A DNA stretch of 64,000 bases from the human T2T-CHM13v2.0 reference genome, Homo sapiens (GCF_009914755.1 NC_060931.1), one strand, 5' to 3'. Shown: positions 12,605 to 27,868, counted from the first letter of the stretch. Notes: generated from the letters alone by a model not told the origin. Program-made: numbers and translations.

Positions 12605-14014
12605 GGGGTTTAATAATGTGATACATTTGGGATGAATGCTTAATACTAGGTATTCATGTCCACAGTGCGTAGTGGAATTCTGAGTATTCTTGAATCAAGA
12701 AGGTTAATTTAGATGTGCATACTGGTCACATATTGATCCAAGCCAGAGAGAGTGGGAGAGACAGTCCGTTTAAGCAACTGACCAGAAAGGAGTAGCAAGA
12801 GTTAAAGTGTCACAGTTCTGTGTCATGGGCTCCCCTTTGTTCATTGGAAAAGAAAACTCCTTGTGTGCCTAGAAGCTGAGCTAGAAGACACTGATGAGGG
12901 CAGCTCCAATGTCTGGCTGTCAAGGAAGCTGACAGGCATAAATGGGCTAGGTTCCCAACCATTCTAAACCCTGATGCAGAATTCCTGTCAAGCCAGAGAA
13001 CAGGAGCAAGATACATTGACAGATATCACCAACTAGAAGGTGCGAACAATCCCCACAGGCCATAGTCTGTCTGTCACGGCTCTTTAAGGGAAAGCAAAGA
13101 TGGGACCAGCAGGTGCAGCAAATTGAATCCACTTTACTTATTAAGACATGCCCACATGGGTAAGCAGGGGCCAAGAGATCTCTGAATTTATCCCAGCCAG
13201 AATAAGTATCCATCTGATTTTCTTCCCCAAACTAACATATTTTATCTAAATGGTAATACTTATATCAAAATCTCATTACCTGTAATGACATAAATTTAAT
13301 ATGTAAGAAATAGAAAGATTTTACTTTTCCAAGTCCAAGTTAAACTTTAGTTTACATTTCAAACCATGTAAAACATTTAAAATGTGGGAGAATAGACAAT
13401 ATTTGTTTAGTTACCAAAAATATGACTTTTTATTTTTGTATTCTCTGAGATTCACTTAAACAATGGGTTATAGAAAACAGCTTCAAGGAGAGGTTGATAA
13501 ATGCTGATAACATATTTCTGTTTATTCTTTTGTACTCTAACTGGATTAAAGATTTATCCTCCCTTTCAGTATCTTTCAGTACAGAACAATTTTTCTCTTT
13601 TTAGGTAAAAATGAAGTGCTTAAAGTTAACAATGCAACAGATTTCATTATTTTTAAAAGAGAACAATAATTTCATCCTACCCTCTATTCTGAATCTGATT
13701 TGTTGTATATTGAGTGAAATTTCTAAGCCTTAAATACTTTAGGTAAAAGACTGTGACCCGTTGTGATAATTCCACCAGCATGTATTTAAAAGTTAATTAC
13801 AAAAAGTAAATATTAGAATGGCTGTATTTTAGTTACCATTTATTTGTATCTTGATTTTTTTAATCTGATTGGCTTAATTGCAGGATAATATTCTCTTCAG
13901 ATAGCACTGTTCAACTTCTCTTCATGCATGGATAAATAAATAACCTAACACCAAAAGAATAGAATGATTTCTTTTATAGGTATTTTTTTGTTTCTTTTTT
14001 AATCCAATAGAATG

Positions 14015-14082
14015 CACACACACACACATATACGACACACACACACACAAGCATATATATATATATATATGCTTGTATATAT
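14015..14082. repeat. Compound (CA)n/(TA)n microsatellite
   Basis: Visible dinucleotide runs. Confidence 0.9.
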
Positions 14083-15109
14083 AAATGCATCCCCCAACAC
14101 ACAAAATAATAGAAGGAAAGAAGACGGAATATAGAATGAATAAAAAAGGTAAGTTTTGATAGCTTCTTATTTCATGATGTTAAGTAGGTTTAAAATAAAG
14201 CAAATAAAATACCCTAGTCATTGGTTTTGATAAATGTGATACAGTACACCACATTTTGAACTTTCAGTTGATAATTTATTTACTACTAAATACAATGAGT
14301 GTCAATTTAAACTCTACATCATTTAACTTATTAAAACAAAATTCGATATCTATTCAGAACACCATTCCTCATCGCTTGCAATTTTCATATTTTTTTCCTA
14401 GCAGAAAAAAGAAGTGGGAAAAAATTATTGGCAACAGTGTTTCACTGATTGGTGGAAGGGAAAGAATATCACTTACTTACAAGAAATAGGATACAATTTG
14501 AGAGTTTCTGCTTTTCACAATGTTGTTTTCAGTTATTCAGTGTAGTTATTGATGGTCTTAGTGTATAAGAAATTTGAAAGATAAAACTTATACATGTGCA
14601 TTTAAACAGATCTCAATTTTATCTACATTTATATCTAATAATTTTGCATTTATAACCATACCTATACATCCATTCTTACATGTATTTATATACAATCTTC
14701 TGTAAGTCTTAACTCCCATTTTCTTTTATTATATACTGACAGATATAAAGTTAAACTGGTTGGTAACATTTTCCACTACCAAATTCTTATGTAGTCATTT
14801 TATATGGACTATTTAGATAGAAGCAAGGACTGAAGATAAATAACATGATCTCACTTAAGTAAGCTCCTATGCCACTTAGCAATGGCTTAGGAACAGTACC
14901 TTCTTAACAAACAGATTATTTTTTTCATAATTTTGCATACTTTTTATTATGATGTGAAAAGTATGATTTCTGTAAAAATTGAAGTGCTTTTTCTAGGTCA
15001 ATATATATATAAAGGAAAATTAGGTGGGAATAGAGTGGTTTCCTATGGTATAGCAGGTATTGGCATACAGACTCTGTTTCCCCAACCACTGAGATTAAAT
15101 TTCACACAT

Positions 15110-15735
15110 CATACTTTGACTCCCCTAATACCTAAACACTTCAATGTCGAAGAAAAAAAAATAATTATATAACAATAGTACATTTAGAAAAAAGCAAAAA
15201 AAAATATACTATTGATGTAATATTATAGAATTCACTTTCCATATTCAGATTTTTACCAATAGTTTCAAGAATATAATTTAGAGCTATTTTCCTCCAGGCA
15301 CAAATTAAATTCAGGATTATGTATTGCATCAACTTATCATGATCCTTTAGTTCATTTCAATCTGAAATGTCTCTTTTACTCTTTCTTGATCTTAAGGGAA
15401 CAGAAAAATTGCTTTGCAAAATGCCACTAAGTTGTGATTTTTCTAATTTTTTTATGATTAAAACTATGTATTTTGGGCGAGGAAAGCACATAAGTAATGT
15501 TATTTTTTTCTCAGTGCATCATACCAGGAGGGACATGATTGTAGGTTTATCTGATTACTTAGTTATATTAACTTTGGTTGGTTACAATGGTGTTCACCAG
15601 TTTTCTTTATAATTAATTTACTATTTTCCTACTTGTAATTAAAAATATTTTATAGCGATTTTTTTCAGAGTATGTTAATGCCTTGTCTTCAATAGATTTT
15701 TACCCAAGTGTTTATCATATTTTAACAGATTTTAT
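15110..15735 (-). mobile_element. L1MC/L1ME 3' region
   Basis: Decayed L1M 3'UTR pattern ('caggattatgtattgcatc...ctttagttcatttcaatctgaaa'). Confidence 0.6.
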
Positions 15736-15743
15736 AACTATCG

Positions 15744-16395
15744 TTTATTTTTTTGAGACCGAGCCTTGCTCTGTTGCCCAGGTTAGAGTGTTACCAATGG
15801 AGGGTCTTGACAAGTTATTCAAGTTCTTGGCATTTTGAACAAAGAATTGGAAAAAACACACGAACAAAGCAACAAAAGAATGAAGCAGCAAAAGCACAGA
15901 TTTATTGAAATGTAAGTACCCACCACAGAGTGAGAGCGGGCTCGAGCAGGTGGCTCAAGAGTGCCAGTTACAGAATTTTCTGGGGTTTAAATACCCTCCA
16001 GAGCTTTCCCATTGGTTACTTGGTTACACTCTAAATAAATGAAGGAGTGGCCCACAACCAGTCTTATTTGTTGCAGGAGGTGATCAATCAAAGGCTGAAG
16101 TGAAGTTACAAAGTTACACCCTAAGCACGTGAAGACTGGTTGCAGGAGGGGACCAAACGGAGGTACTTTTCATTTTTCATCTGTGAGGCAGTGGAAAAGG
16201 GTGTTGTGGGGTGGGGTTGCAAAGGGAGTAGCCCCTGATCCTTTTGTTACTTGGGTGTGAAGAGGTGGGGTTTTCCTTTTGACTCAGTTCTAGGAAGTCA
16301 GCGCAAATTGGCCTTAAGTTCCCTGTCTCCAGACGCTATTCTATGCCTCAGGAGTACAGTGGCACAATCATGGCTCACTGCAGCGGTCTAAACTC
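15744..16395 (-). mobile_element. AluJ-like right-arm fragment split by MER51
   Basis: 'ttttttgagaccgagccttgctctgttgcccaggttagag' resumes after the LTR as 'ggagtacagtggcacaatcatggctcactgcagc'. Confidence 0.85.
15789..16350 (-). mobile_element. MER51-type ERV1 solo LTR
   Basis: The minus strand starts tgaggcatagaatagcgtctggagacagggaacttaaggcc (MER51 5' end). TG..CA ends. TSD agag/ggag. Confidence 0.88.
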
Positions 16396-16522
16396 TGCTA
16401 AGGCAGAGAATTACTTGAACCCTGGAGGCGGAGGTTGCAGTGAGTCAAGACCGCACACCACTGCACTCCAGCCTGGATGACAGAGCAACACTCAGTCTCA
16501 AAATAATAAATAAATAAATAAG

Positions 16523-16553
<31 letters not shown>

Positions 16554-16555
16554 AG
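16396..16555 (+). mobile_element. AluS right-arm fragment with (TAAA)n tail
   Basis: 'aaggcagagaattacttgaaccctggaggcggaggttgcagtgag...ctcaaaataataaataaa'. Confidence 0.9.
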
Positions 16556-16559
16556 TTAA

Positions 16560-19500
16560 AAAAATTTCTAACGAATCAATTGTGTTAATCTTACTTATTA
16601 ATTCTAGAAGATTCTTGTAAGTTTCTTAAGATTTTCTAACTTAATCATGTAATCTATGAATCTATGAATAGATGGAGTTTGACCACTTTTCAACAATAAT
16701 TTTTATTTTCTTGGCTTTATTCCACTAGTGAGGCCATCAGTCAAATGTTATAAAGAACTCATGAGAGGATATATCTTTCTGTTTTTTCCTGATCTTAGGG
16801 GAAGCATATGATGTTGGTTATAGGTTCATGGATGCTCATTTTCAGTTTGAGGGATTTTCCTTCCAATGCTAATTGGATAACATGTTTTTTTAAACACGAA
16901 TATCTGTTTAATTTTGTTATATGTTCTTTCTGAATTTACTAAAATATGTATATGTCTTTTATCTTGGTATTCTGTTAAATTATACTGACCAATTTTCAAA
17001 TCTTGCATCAATATGACTTAGTATTCAGACATATTTTCGTAACAGCATAAATATGTGATTTCATGAGGGATGTAGGATTGTACATTTTTCTTGAAGTTCC
17101 CTTGCCATATTTGGATCAAGGTTAAATCATTCTCATCACAGAAGACAGTGATTGTTCGCTTTTACTCTGTGTATGGGAGTTTATGTAGAACTGCAGTTGT
17201 TTCATCATTAAATATTTGACAAAATTCACTAAAGAAACTTAAAGTTTTCTTTATGGAAATAATTTGATAGTGCATTAGATTGAGTGAACACATATACAGC
17301 TATGCAAATTTTCTATTTTATCTGTATGCAGTTTAACAAATTCTGTTTTTTAAACAATGTTTTCATTTTTTCGTAGTTGTCAAATCCTTGGCATAAAGCT
17401 TTCATAATATTTCATTGTTATCTGTTAATTGTAGAATCTAGAATGATATGCCCTTTTTTACTCCTGACATTGCTAATTTATATTTTCTCTCTTTCTTTTT
17501 AATTTTTTTTCACTAAGATTTTATCAAGTGTATTAATCTTTTCAGAGCACCAAAGTTTGACTTTATTTGGTTTCAAATATGAACTGATTTAAAATTTAAA
17601 ATTATGTTGTGATAAGAAGACAAAGTATATAATTTTGATTTTTTGAAAGTAATGTCGCAAATTATCTTATGGCCTCAGAAACTGTATAATCAGGATACAA
17701 TTACATTGAAACTTAATCAATTTTTTTTCCATTTTTTTTAATTACTGGAAGATGTGCTTAAAATTCCAATAATGGTTGTGGGCTTTTCTAATTATCTCTT
17801 TAATTCTGTTAATTGTTGCGTCATATGTTTTACAGTTGTGGTATTTGATGCATAGAGAAATTCTGAATGCTATGTCTTCCTGATGAATAGACAATTTTAT
17901 CACTATAACATGTCCCTCTTTATCTCTCAAGTCTTTTATCTGATATTTATGGCCATACCAGCTTCCTGTTACTTTTTATTCACACTTTGACTCTCAATGT
18001 ATGTGCCTTTACATTTAAACATGTAATTATTACATAATTTGTGGTGTGAGTAATTGGTTTTCATCCATTATTAAAATGTCTGCTTTTAAATTAGACAACT
18101 TACACTTTTTATATTTAGTTAATTGTTAATATGATTACACTTATGTCTGCCATTATAAAATTTATTTTTTATTTCTCTAATCTCTTTTGTTGATGTTTTT
18201 GTAGTTTTCTTTGTCTCATAGTTCCTGCATCCTTTACGGAGGACATTTTAGGGATTTTTGGTTTACATAACAATTATATTTCTCCATTGCCTTTATTGTT
18301 ATACTTCACCATTTTTAGTGACTGCTCTAGGATGAAAATATGCATCCTTAAGTTATAACTGTCTACTTAGAGTAAATATTTACCATTTCATATGAATTTT
18401 ATAAGCATGAAACTATATAGTTTTATTTAGCATTATTTGTTTTCTTATATAGATTATAACTACACATGTTAAAAAGCCCATAATATCTAGTAACAACTTA
18501 TAATATTCTGTGACTTAATTCTTCCCTATAGATAGATAAACGTTTTTATCTTGTGTCATTTTCTTTGAGGTTGACAAACTTCCTTTAGCATTTTTTGTAT
18601 GAGAGGTCTGCTGGCCAAGTATCCTATTTGTTTTTGATTGTTTAGAATCGTGTTTTCTTTTGTATTCAATTTTGAAGGACTTCCCCCCACTCCACTACAA
18701 AAATATGTAGTATATTATACTACATATTTGTATCATATATAGTACAATTAAAAGATATAGAATTCGTTTTATCATACTACAGGACTTTTCAGATATAATT
18801 TCACTGACTTCTGATCAGCACTGCTTTTGTGTGAAAGTCAGATATTCATATGTTTGTTCCATTGTATGTTATATGTGATTTTTCTCTGGCTGTTTCTGAC
18901 ATTTCTGTTAATATTTGTGTTGCAGCAGTTTAATTACAATGTGTTCAGCTGTTGGTTTCTTTGACTATATCCTTCTTGATTTTTATTATGCTTTTAGTAT
19001 CTGTATGTTTAGAGTTTTTATCAAATTTGGGATATTTATAGCCATTATTTCTTCAACAATGTTCTCCATTCTTTCCTTCTTTTCTTTTATTCTTGAAGTG
19101 GAATTACATATGTGGTATACCTTTTGATACATCCCACAGTTCACCTTTTAAAAATTTTATTCTTCAGATTGGCTGATTTCTATTCAGGTACCTCCACATT
19201 TTACTGACATTTACTTCTTTGGTTTGTAATCTGTGTTTTAAATATATGTGTTTTATGTTAAATGTTGTCATTTTTTGTCCTAGAATTTCTGTTGGATTGT
19301 TTTATATAGATTCAGTTTGCCTTCTGAAAATCACAATCTGTTTATTCTTTAGGAAAAATTGATTTTGAGATCTTGAATGCCTTTATAATAACTTATTTAA
19401 GGTCCTTCCCTAATTCAACATCAAAGATAATAGATAATTTGAGTTTCTTTTCTATTAGCTGTGTTTATTTTCTTTTATTGGTTATATTTTCCTGTTTTAC

Positions 19501-19560
19501 CTCTAGTCTGAAGTTTTTTTTTGTGTGTGTGTGTGTGTATTGAATGATATATATACTCCA
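16560..19560 (-). mobile_element. Ancient L1M body (ORF2/ORF1 remnants)
   Basis: The ORF at 17742-17930 reads RDKEGHVIVIKLSIHQEDIA, matching L1 ORF2 endonuclease RDKEGHYIMIKGSIHQEDIT. The surrounding sequence is T-rich decayed L1. Confidence 0.8.
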
Positions 19561-19609
19561 CATCTGTGACTTTATCCTTTCTTGAGTTGTTCCCTTCCAT
19601 TTCTAAGCA

Positions 19610-20003
19610 CTATGGAAATTCCAATCCTGAGACCCTTAAAGTTCATATGTTGAAATCTCCAATGTGATGTTAGTAGAAGGTGAGGGCTTTGGGATGTAAT
19701 TATGTAATGAGGATATAACACTCAAGAGTGGGATTAGTGCCCTTATTAAACAAACAAAAAAAAGCTAGCTCTTCTTTTCTTGCTTTTGCTCTCTTTTGCC
19801 CTTTCCCTCTCTCTCTCTTCCCCTTCTCCATGTGAGGATATAATTCAAAGACAGCCATGTTCAAATTAGGAAGTGGGCACTCACCAGACATGAGATCTGT
19901 GCACAGTTTAGTCTTGAACTTTTCAGCTTCTAGAACTGTGAGAAAGAAATTATTGTTTAAGCCATGTAGTATATAGTATTCTGTTATAGCAGCCTGAACT
20001 GAA
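19610..20003 (+). mobile_element. MLT1A-type LTR
   Basis: 'ttcatatgttgaaatctccaatgtgatg...gggattagtgcccttat...ctagaactgtgagaaag...gttatagcagcctgaactgaa'. Confidence 0.85.
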
Positions 20004-22536
20004 AAAGGGAGTGGGTTATAGAATTAAATATAAAATCTACAACTGTAAAGATTCTAGAAAAAAACAAAGTTATCTTTAAATTGACATAGACAAAGTTTTT
20101 TTTTATAGGACAAAAAAAAGCACTAACCATATAAATTGATAAACTAGTCCTCATCAAACTTAAGACAATCCATTCTTCAAAAGACATTTTTAAGAAAATA
20201 AATTGATAAGCCACAGAATGAAAGACTAGCTGTAACACATACATGAGAAAAATTTTATGGATTGTATAAATAACAACTCCTACAACAACCCAATAAAAGT
20301 GTTAAAAGACTTGAACACACACTTTACAAAAGAAGATATATGAATGGCAAATAAGCAAAGAAAAAACGTCAGTAGTATCACAACACACTGATTAAGTGGC
20401 TAACATTATAAAGACTGATAATAACAAATGTAGGTCAATAGATTTGGAAAAATTATTACTTTCAAACATGGTAACAGAAGTACATAACAGTCCAGTTACT
20501 TTGAAGGGGTTGTTTGGTGGTTTCTAATAAAGTGAAACATATTTCTACCCTATGATTTAACAATTCTTTTCCAAGGTATTTTTGTGTGAGAAATGTACAT
20601 ATATGTTAAGAATGATGTATTAGTTTGTTCTCACATTGCTATAAGGAAATGCCCGAGACTGGGTAATTTATAGAGAAAAGAGGTTTAACTGGCTCACAAT
20701 TCCACAGGCTGTACAGGAAGCATAAAAACTTCTTCTCAGCTTCTGGAGAGGCTTCAGGAAACTTAAAATCTTGGCAGGAGGTAAAAGGGAAGCGGGTACA
20801 TTTTACATGGCCAGAGCAGGACCAAGAGAGCGATGGGAGGCGCTACACACTTTTAACAAAATCAGATCTTGTGATAACTCACTCACTCCCTATCACAAGA
20901 ATATCACTGAGGTGATGGTGCTAACCCATTCATGAGAATCCCACTTCCATGATCCAATCACCTCCCACCAGGCCCCACCTCCAACACTGGGAATTACAAT
21001 TTGATATGAGATTTGATTGGGGATAGAGATCCAAACCATATAAATCTGCCCCTGGTCTTTCCCAAATCTCATGTCCTTCTCAGTTTGCAAAATTAAATCA
21101 TGCCTTCTCAACAGTCCCCCTGAGTCTTCAGTCATTCCAGCATTAACTCAAAAGTCCACAGTCCAAGTGTCATCAGAGACAAGGCTAGTCCCCTCTGCCC
21201 GTGAGCCTAAAATCAAAAACAATTTAGTTACTTCCAAAATACAATGGAGCTACACACACTGGGTAGATACAGGAGAAATTGGCCAAAAGAAAAGCACTAC
21301 AGGACCCATGCAAGTCTGAAACCTAGCAGGGCATTCATTGAATCTTAAAGCTCCCAAATGATCTCCTTTGACTTCATGTCCCACATCCAGGGCATGCTGG
21401 CATAAGGGGTGTGCTTCCAAAACCTTGGACAGCTCCACCTCTGTGACTTTGCAGGGTTCAGCCTCCATAGCTCCTCTCATGGGCTGGCGTTGAGTGCCTG
21501 TGGCTTTTCCAGATGCATGGTGCAGGTTGTCAGTGGATGTACAATTCTGGGGTCTGGAGGATGTTAGCCCTCTTCTCACAGCTCCACTAGACAGTGCCAC
21601 AGTTGGGCCTCTGTGTGTGGGCTCCAACCCTACATTTCCCCTCCACACTGTCCTAGCAGTGGTTCTCCATGAGGGCTTCACCCCTGTAGTTGGTTTCTGG
21701 CTGGACATCCAGGCTTTTCCATATATCCCCTGAAATCTAGGCAAAGGCTTCCAAGCCTCAACTCGTACATTATGTGTACCTGCAGGCTTAGCACCATGTG
21801 AAAGCCATCAAGACTTATGGCCTGCACCCTCTGATGCAGTGGCCTGAGCTATATCTGGGGCTATTTGAGCTGAGGCTGGAGCCAGAACAGCCAGAATGCT
21901 GAGAGCAGTGCCCCTGGGATGCAGAGGGGCTTCTCTCCTAGGCCTTTGGGCCTGTCATGTGAGGAGCTGCTGCAGAGGTCTCTGAAATGCCTTCAAGTCC
22001 TCCTCATTGTCTTGGCTATGAACATTTAGCTCTTTGTTACTTATATCAATTTCTGTAGCCTGCTTGAATTCTTCCCCAGAAAATGGGTTTTTCTTTTCTT
22101 ACCACATGGCTGGGCTGCACTAAAACTTATTCTCTGCTTCCCTTGTAAATCTAAATTCCAGTTTTATATTATTTATTTGCTCAAACATATGATCATAGGT
22201 TGTTAGAAGCAGCCACAACACATCTTAAACACTTCACTGCTTTGAAATTTCTTCTGCCAGCTACCCTAAATTATCACTCTTAAGTTCAAAGTTCCACAGA
22301 TTCCCTAGAGCAGGAGCACAATGCCACCAGTTTCTTTGCTAACATATCACAAATTGACCTTTCCTCCATTTCCCAGTAAGCTCCTCATCTTCATCTGAGA
22401 CCTCATTAGTCTGGGTTTTATTATTTATTATCCAGATCACTATTAGTATTTCAGTCACAATTCAAGCAGTCTGTAGAAATTTCCAAACTTTCCCTCATCT
22501 TCCTGTCTTCTTCTGAGCACTCTACACTGTTTCTAC

Positions 22537-23069
22537 TGTCAGAGGCATTCTAACCAGAGTGACTCCGTCTTGAGTGAGGGCAAGAAAAATGAGGCTGAGA
22601 CTTGCTGGGCTGCATTCTCAAAAAATTAGGTATTCCTAGCCTCTAAATATTTACTGTTAAGGGAACAGATTGATAATGTTTACTAAAAGACCCAGACTTG
22701 GTAGTGTCCTGGGATATCTTGAGAACAGAAGCATTTCTAACTTTGCTTTAAAGGTGATAGTATTGATTCTTGCAAAATACAATTATTAAGAAAATTAATC
22801 CTTTATCACAAACCCTTGTATCAAAGCACATCTCCCTATGATCTGTTTTTATTCTATATATAAACAAGTTTTATACCTAGGGTGGACGTGTCCTTCCTCT
22901 TACTTTCAGGAATGCCCTATTCTGTCTTTGGAGTAGCTGCTCTTTTACAACTTTGCTTTTTAAATAAACTTGTTTTTGCTTTGTACTGTGGACTCACCTT
23001 GAATTCTTTCTTGCACGAGACCAAAGAACCCTCTCTTGGGGTCTTGATCAGGACTGTATTCCTGTAACA
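22537..23069 (+). mobile_element. MER41 (C/D-like) ERV1 solo LTR inside MST-int
   Basis: Starts tgtcagaggcattctaaccagagtgactccgtcttgagtgaggg, contains aataaa, ends cctgtaaca. TSD ctac/caac. Confidence 0.9.
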
Positions 23070-23183
23070 CAACCTTTGCCCATTACCCAGTTCTGAAATT
23101 CCTTCCACATTTTCAGATATCTTTATAGCAATGTCCCACTCCTCACTAGCAATTTTCTTTATTAGTCCATTCTTGCATTGCTA

Positions 23184-23531
<348 letters not shown>

Positions 23532-25884
23532 TTATAAACAAAGGGGGTCTGATTGGCTTACAGTTCTTCAGGCATAGCAGATTCTACTTGGCTTCTGGGG
23601 AGGCCTCAGGGAGCTTTCAATCTTGGTGGGAGGTGAAGGGGAAGCAGGCACATCTTCCATGGCCAGAGCAGGACAGAGAGAGAGAGATGGGAGAGGTGTT
23701 ACAAAGTTTTCAAACAACCACATCTTGTGATATCTCTCTCACTCACTAGTACTGAGAGGATGGCCCTAAACCATTCATGAGAACTTGTCCCCCATGATCC
23801 CATCACCTCCCACCAGGCCCTACCTCCAATACTGGGGAATTATAATTCAACATGAGATTTGGGTGGGGACACAGATCTAAGCCATATCAAATATTCCTGG
23901 CAGTCTTATTTATAATAATCAAAGAGTTGAACAAATGAAATACTCATCATCACAGAAATAGGAAAACAACTTGTAGTGTAGTTACATATAAAAATACTAT
24001 TTAGTAGTACAACTAGAATGTATTATTGATGTATGCAACAATACAAATATATCTTAAAAAATATCCAGGCATCTGCAGGCATAAAAGAGTACATTTTTCT
24101 TCCATTTACATAGTATCCAAAAACAAATAAAAATCTATCATGAAAATAATTAGAAAATGTTTGCTCTTGAATGGGGTGGAAAAGGGATTAAATACAAAAG
24201 GAATCATGGAGTCAATTTGGAGTAATTGAAATATCCTTTTTCTTGACAGTTCTTTAGATTAATGTGTATGTAAAGTTGTCAAAACTCCTAGAATGTAATG
24301 CATATAACCTGTGAATTTTATTGCATATTAAATACACCTCAACAAAAAAGAAGTAAAAATATAAAAACTTACACCATGATTTGCTACATAAAATCTAGAA
24401 AGTCTATATAAAACTTGAAATGGAATAGTACCATTAAAAGTACTCAGAGCATTTCATCTGAATGTCTTTCAAAAAGTAAATAACACTATTGCCATGTCTT
24501 TGCCAGAATGAGTATCTTTTGACAATATCTAGTTATTCAGTCATTGACTATAGATACCATGATTTATAACATTGGTTAATTGATCAACATACTCCTATTT
24601 TGTTATTTTTTCTCTTTCCTCTGTTTTGGCATGTCTATGGCATTTTAAAAGAGATTTTGTCATACGGGGTTTTGAAATGTATTTTCTAATTTGAATGAGG
24701 CAGATTAGGTCAATTCCATATCAGTTGCATATTTACTCAACTAAGGTTATGAAGAGAACTGAGTAAAATGTATGCCTGTTAGTGTATATACTCGTGGGGG
24801 GTGCATGTGTTTGTGTGTGTATGTGTGTGTTATAGATATGGGTAGGCAAGTAAAGAATACTGATATTAAGGACACCTTTATTTCTTTATGTAAGCTTCTG
24901 TTGAGCAATTTAGGAAGATGAATAAATACAAAAACATAAATCTTACTTACTTTTTTCCTCCATTCTTGGCTCTCCTGAGAAGACAGCAGGTAGTACACTA
25001 TTAAGAAAGAGAACTATTAAATCAAACAGAATTTTTAAATAAATGAGAGATGATCTGATTGTTGATGCAGAAAAATCAATGAGCCTGGCAATTGACACAT
25101 TAGTTATGTTTTTCACAAAAGTATGAGATTATAACAGATATTTCTGGTATTACTGAGTAGTATTATTATGTGTGCCATGAATTTTTGTTGGCAGTGTAAT
25201 TCCTTACAGTGATAATTTTTCAAACAATTAATCCATACTATCAACACTAGAAAATGATATTTTTTCTATATTTATACTCAGTAACTAGATGTTCATCATG
25301 AAGTGGAGAAGGCATATAATTTATATTAAAAAATGAAATGTGAGGTTTTGAAGGTTGACCACAGTTTTCAGAACCCCTGCTCTTCTCTTCCTCATTTAGG
25401 AAATAGCTCAAGGGAAGAATTCATGAGGTTTTCTACAGAAAAACCCTGCCAAGTCTAAGCTCTGTTTCTGTGACAGCTGAATAAACGTGGTAATTTGCTT
25501 GTGCCTGCCACCATCCTTTTACATTTTTTATGCTTCTTTTAGCTGTTTGGTTTATCTCTACAATCACAGAGATTCTTTATAAGAATGTTTATTGACTGGA
25601 GTGATACCTATTCCACAGTTGTTGATAAACTGCGAAGCTCACCGGTGTATTCTATCCTAGTGCTGCTGATGGTCCACAAATGCAGTTAGTTTTGAGTAGG
25701 AAGAATAGGAGAGGTGATACACATGTCTTTCTCTCAGCAAAGTCAATAGTCAGATGGCGAGGACCCAAATTGAATTTTTCTAGAAGGCTGATCCAGAATG
25801 TTCCTTCAGTGTCTCATTATGCTTTATGCTTCCTGACATTGGCAGGAGGCTCAGGGTTCAGGTTTAACAAATTGACAGCACTGA

Positions 25885-25927
25885 TCTTGGTTCTGTAGCA
25901 TTGTTCTTGGTTCTGTAGCATTGTTCT
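25885..25927. repeat. Perfect 20-bp tandem duplication
   Basis: tcttggttctgtagcattgt x2, followed by tct. Confidence 0.95.
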
Positions 25928-26329
25928 AGGGACAGTGAAAAATAATTAAATTTTCTACGTGGAAGCATCTTAGCAAACCCCTCATGAGTCACTCTCTTGC
26001 TTGCTTTACAAATAAGTAAATGGAATCCTTTAAAAGAGACAAATTTGAAAATGCAATTTTATAAATCAGAAATAGTATACAGTTAATCATATCTAGTAGC
26101 TTGGTTATTTAAAAAATGTAACTATCAATAATCATTAAATATTAACTACTTTTTAAATCATACATGTACCCACTTTAAAAAATAATTAACACTTTTATTT
26201 TGAATGGATTTAAACCAAAGGAGATTACTCCATTAATGGCTAATTTAGTCAATATTTTGAATAAACCTTGATTTTCAGACATTACAATTTTATTAATTAG
26301 TTTTAAAATGCTAACAAAAATATAACTAT

Positions 26330-26685
26330 ATTTATTGGTTTATTAGGGCTGTCATCACAAAATACCACAATCTATTTGACTTAAGCAACAGAACTTTATT
26401 TATTTTTAAGTTCAGAAGTCTAGAAGTTTAAGGTCAAGGTGTCAGCAGGGCTAGTTTCCTTTGACTCCTTTCTTTGTGGCTTACAGATGGTCTCCTTCTT
26501 GCTGTATCCTCACGTGATATTTCCTTTTTGTTCACACCTCCAAGACGTGTCTTTTTGTGTCCAAATTTCCTCTTCTTAGAAAGACACCAGTTGGATTAGC
26601 TTAAAGCCGAACTTAACACTTTCATTTTCACTTAATTATGTCTGTAAATAACTTATCTGCAAACACAGTCACATTCTGAGGTGAT
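26330..26685 (-). mobile_element. MLT1B-like LTR
   Basis: 'agggctgtcatcacaaaataccaca...aaggtcaaggtgtcagcagggc...cagtcacattctgagg'. Confidence 0.85.
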
Positions 26686-26978
26686 TTTATAGATTAGAGT
26701 AACTAGATATTGTCAAAAGAAAACCTGAATATAATTCATCAATATATGATTTTTGAGAGGGATGCCGTTTAGCCGACGACACTGTATTTATTTAGAAACT
26801 AGTAGGGGAAAGATAGAAACAGAAAGTGGACACTCATATTCCATGTCTGAGAAAAAAACCCAAATAAACATTCTTGGAAGTGAGAGGCATCATTGTTGGA
26901 TAAAACCTCAATGCCTTCTTTTCAACAGTGCAAAAGGAGAACTTGTTTTGGTGGGAGGAACTCTCTTGCACAATTTAA

Positions 26979-27366
<388 letters not shown>

Positions 27367-27476
27367 CGAGACTTCGTTTTTAAAAAGCCCACAGTGGTCT
27401 CTTCTCCTTGGGTGGACAGAAGTAAATCCAAAACACACAGAAGTCAGCACAATGAAACGCCCTTTTGAACCTTGAA

Positions 27477-27868
<392 letters not shown>

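Noticed and set aside
21250-21744. 164-aa ORF
   Set aside because: It is a remnant of the MaLR (MST) internal ORF, not a host gene.
22537-23069. MER41 as an interferon-inducible STAT1 enhancer
   Set aside because: I see no canonical TTC-N3-GAA site in this copy (only ttcaggaa, N2), and it resembles MER41C/D rather than the GAS-bearing MER41B.
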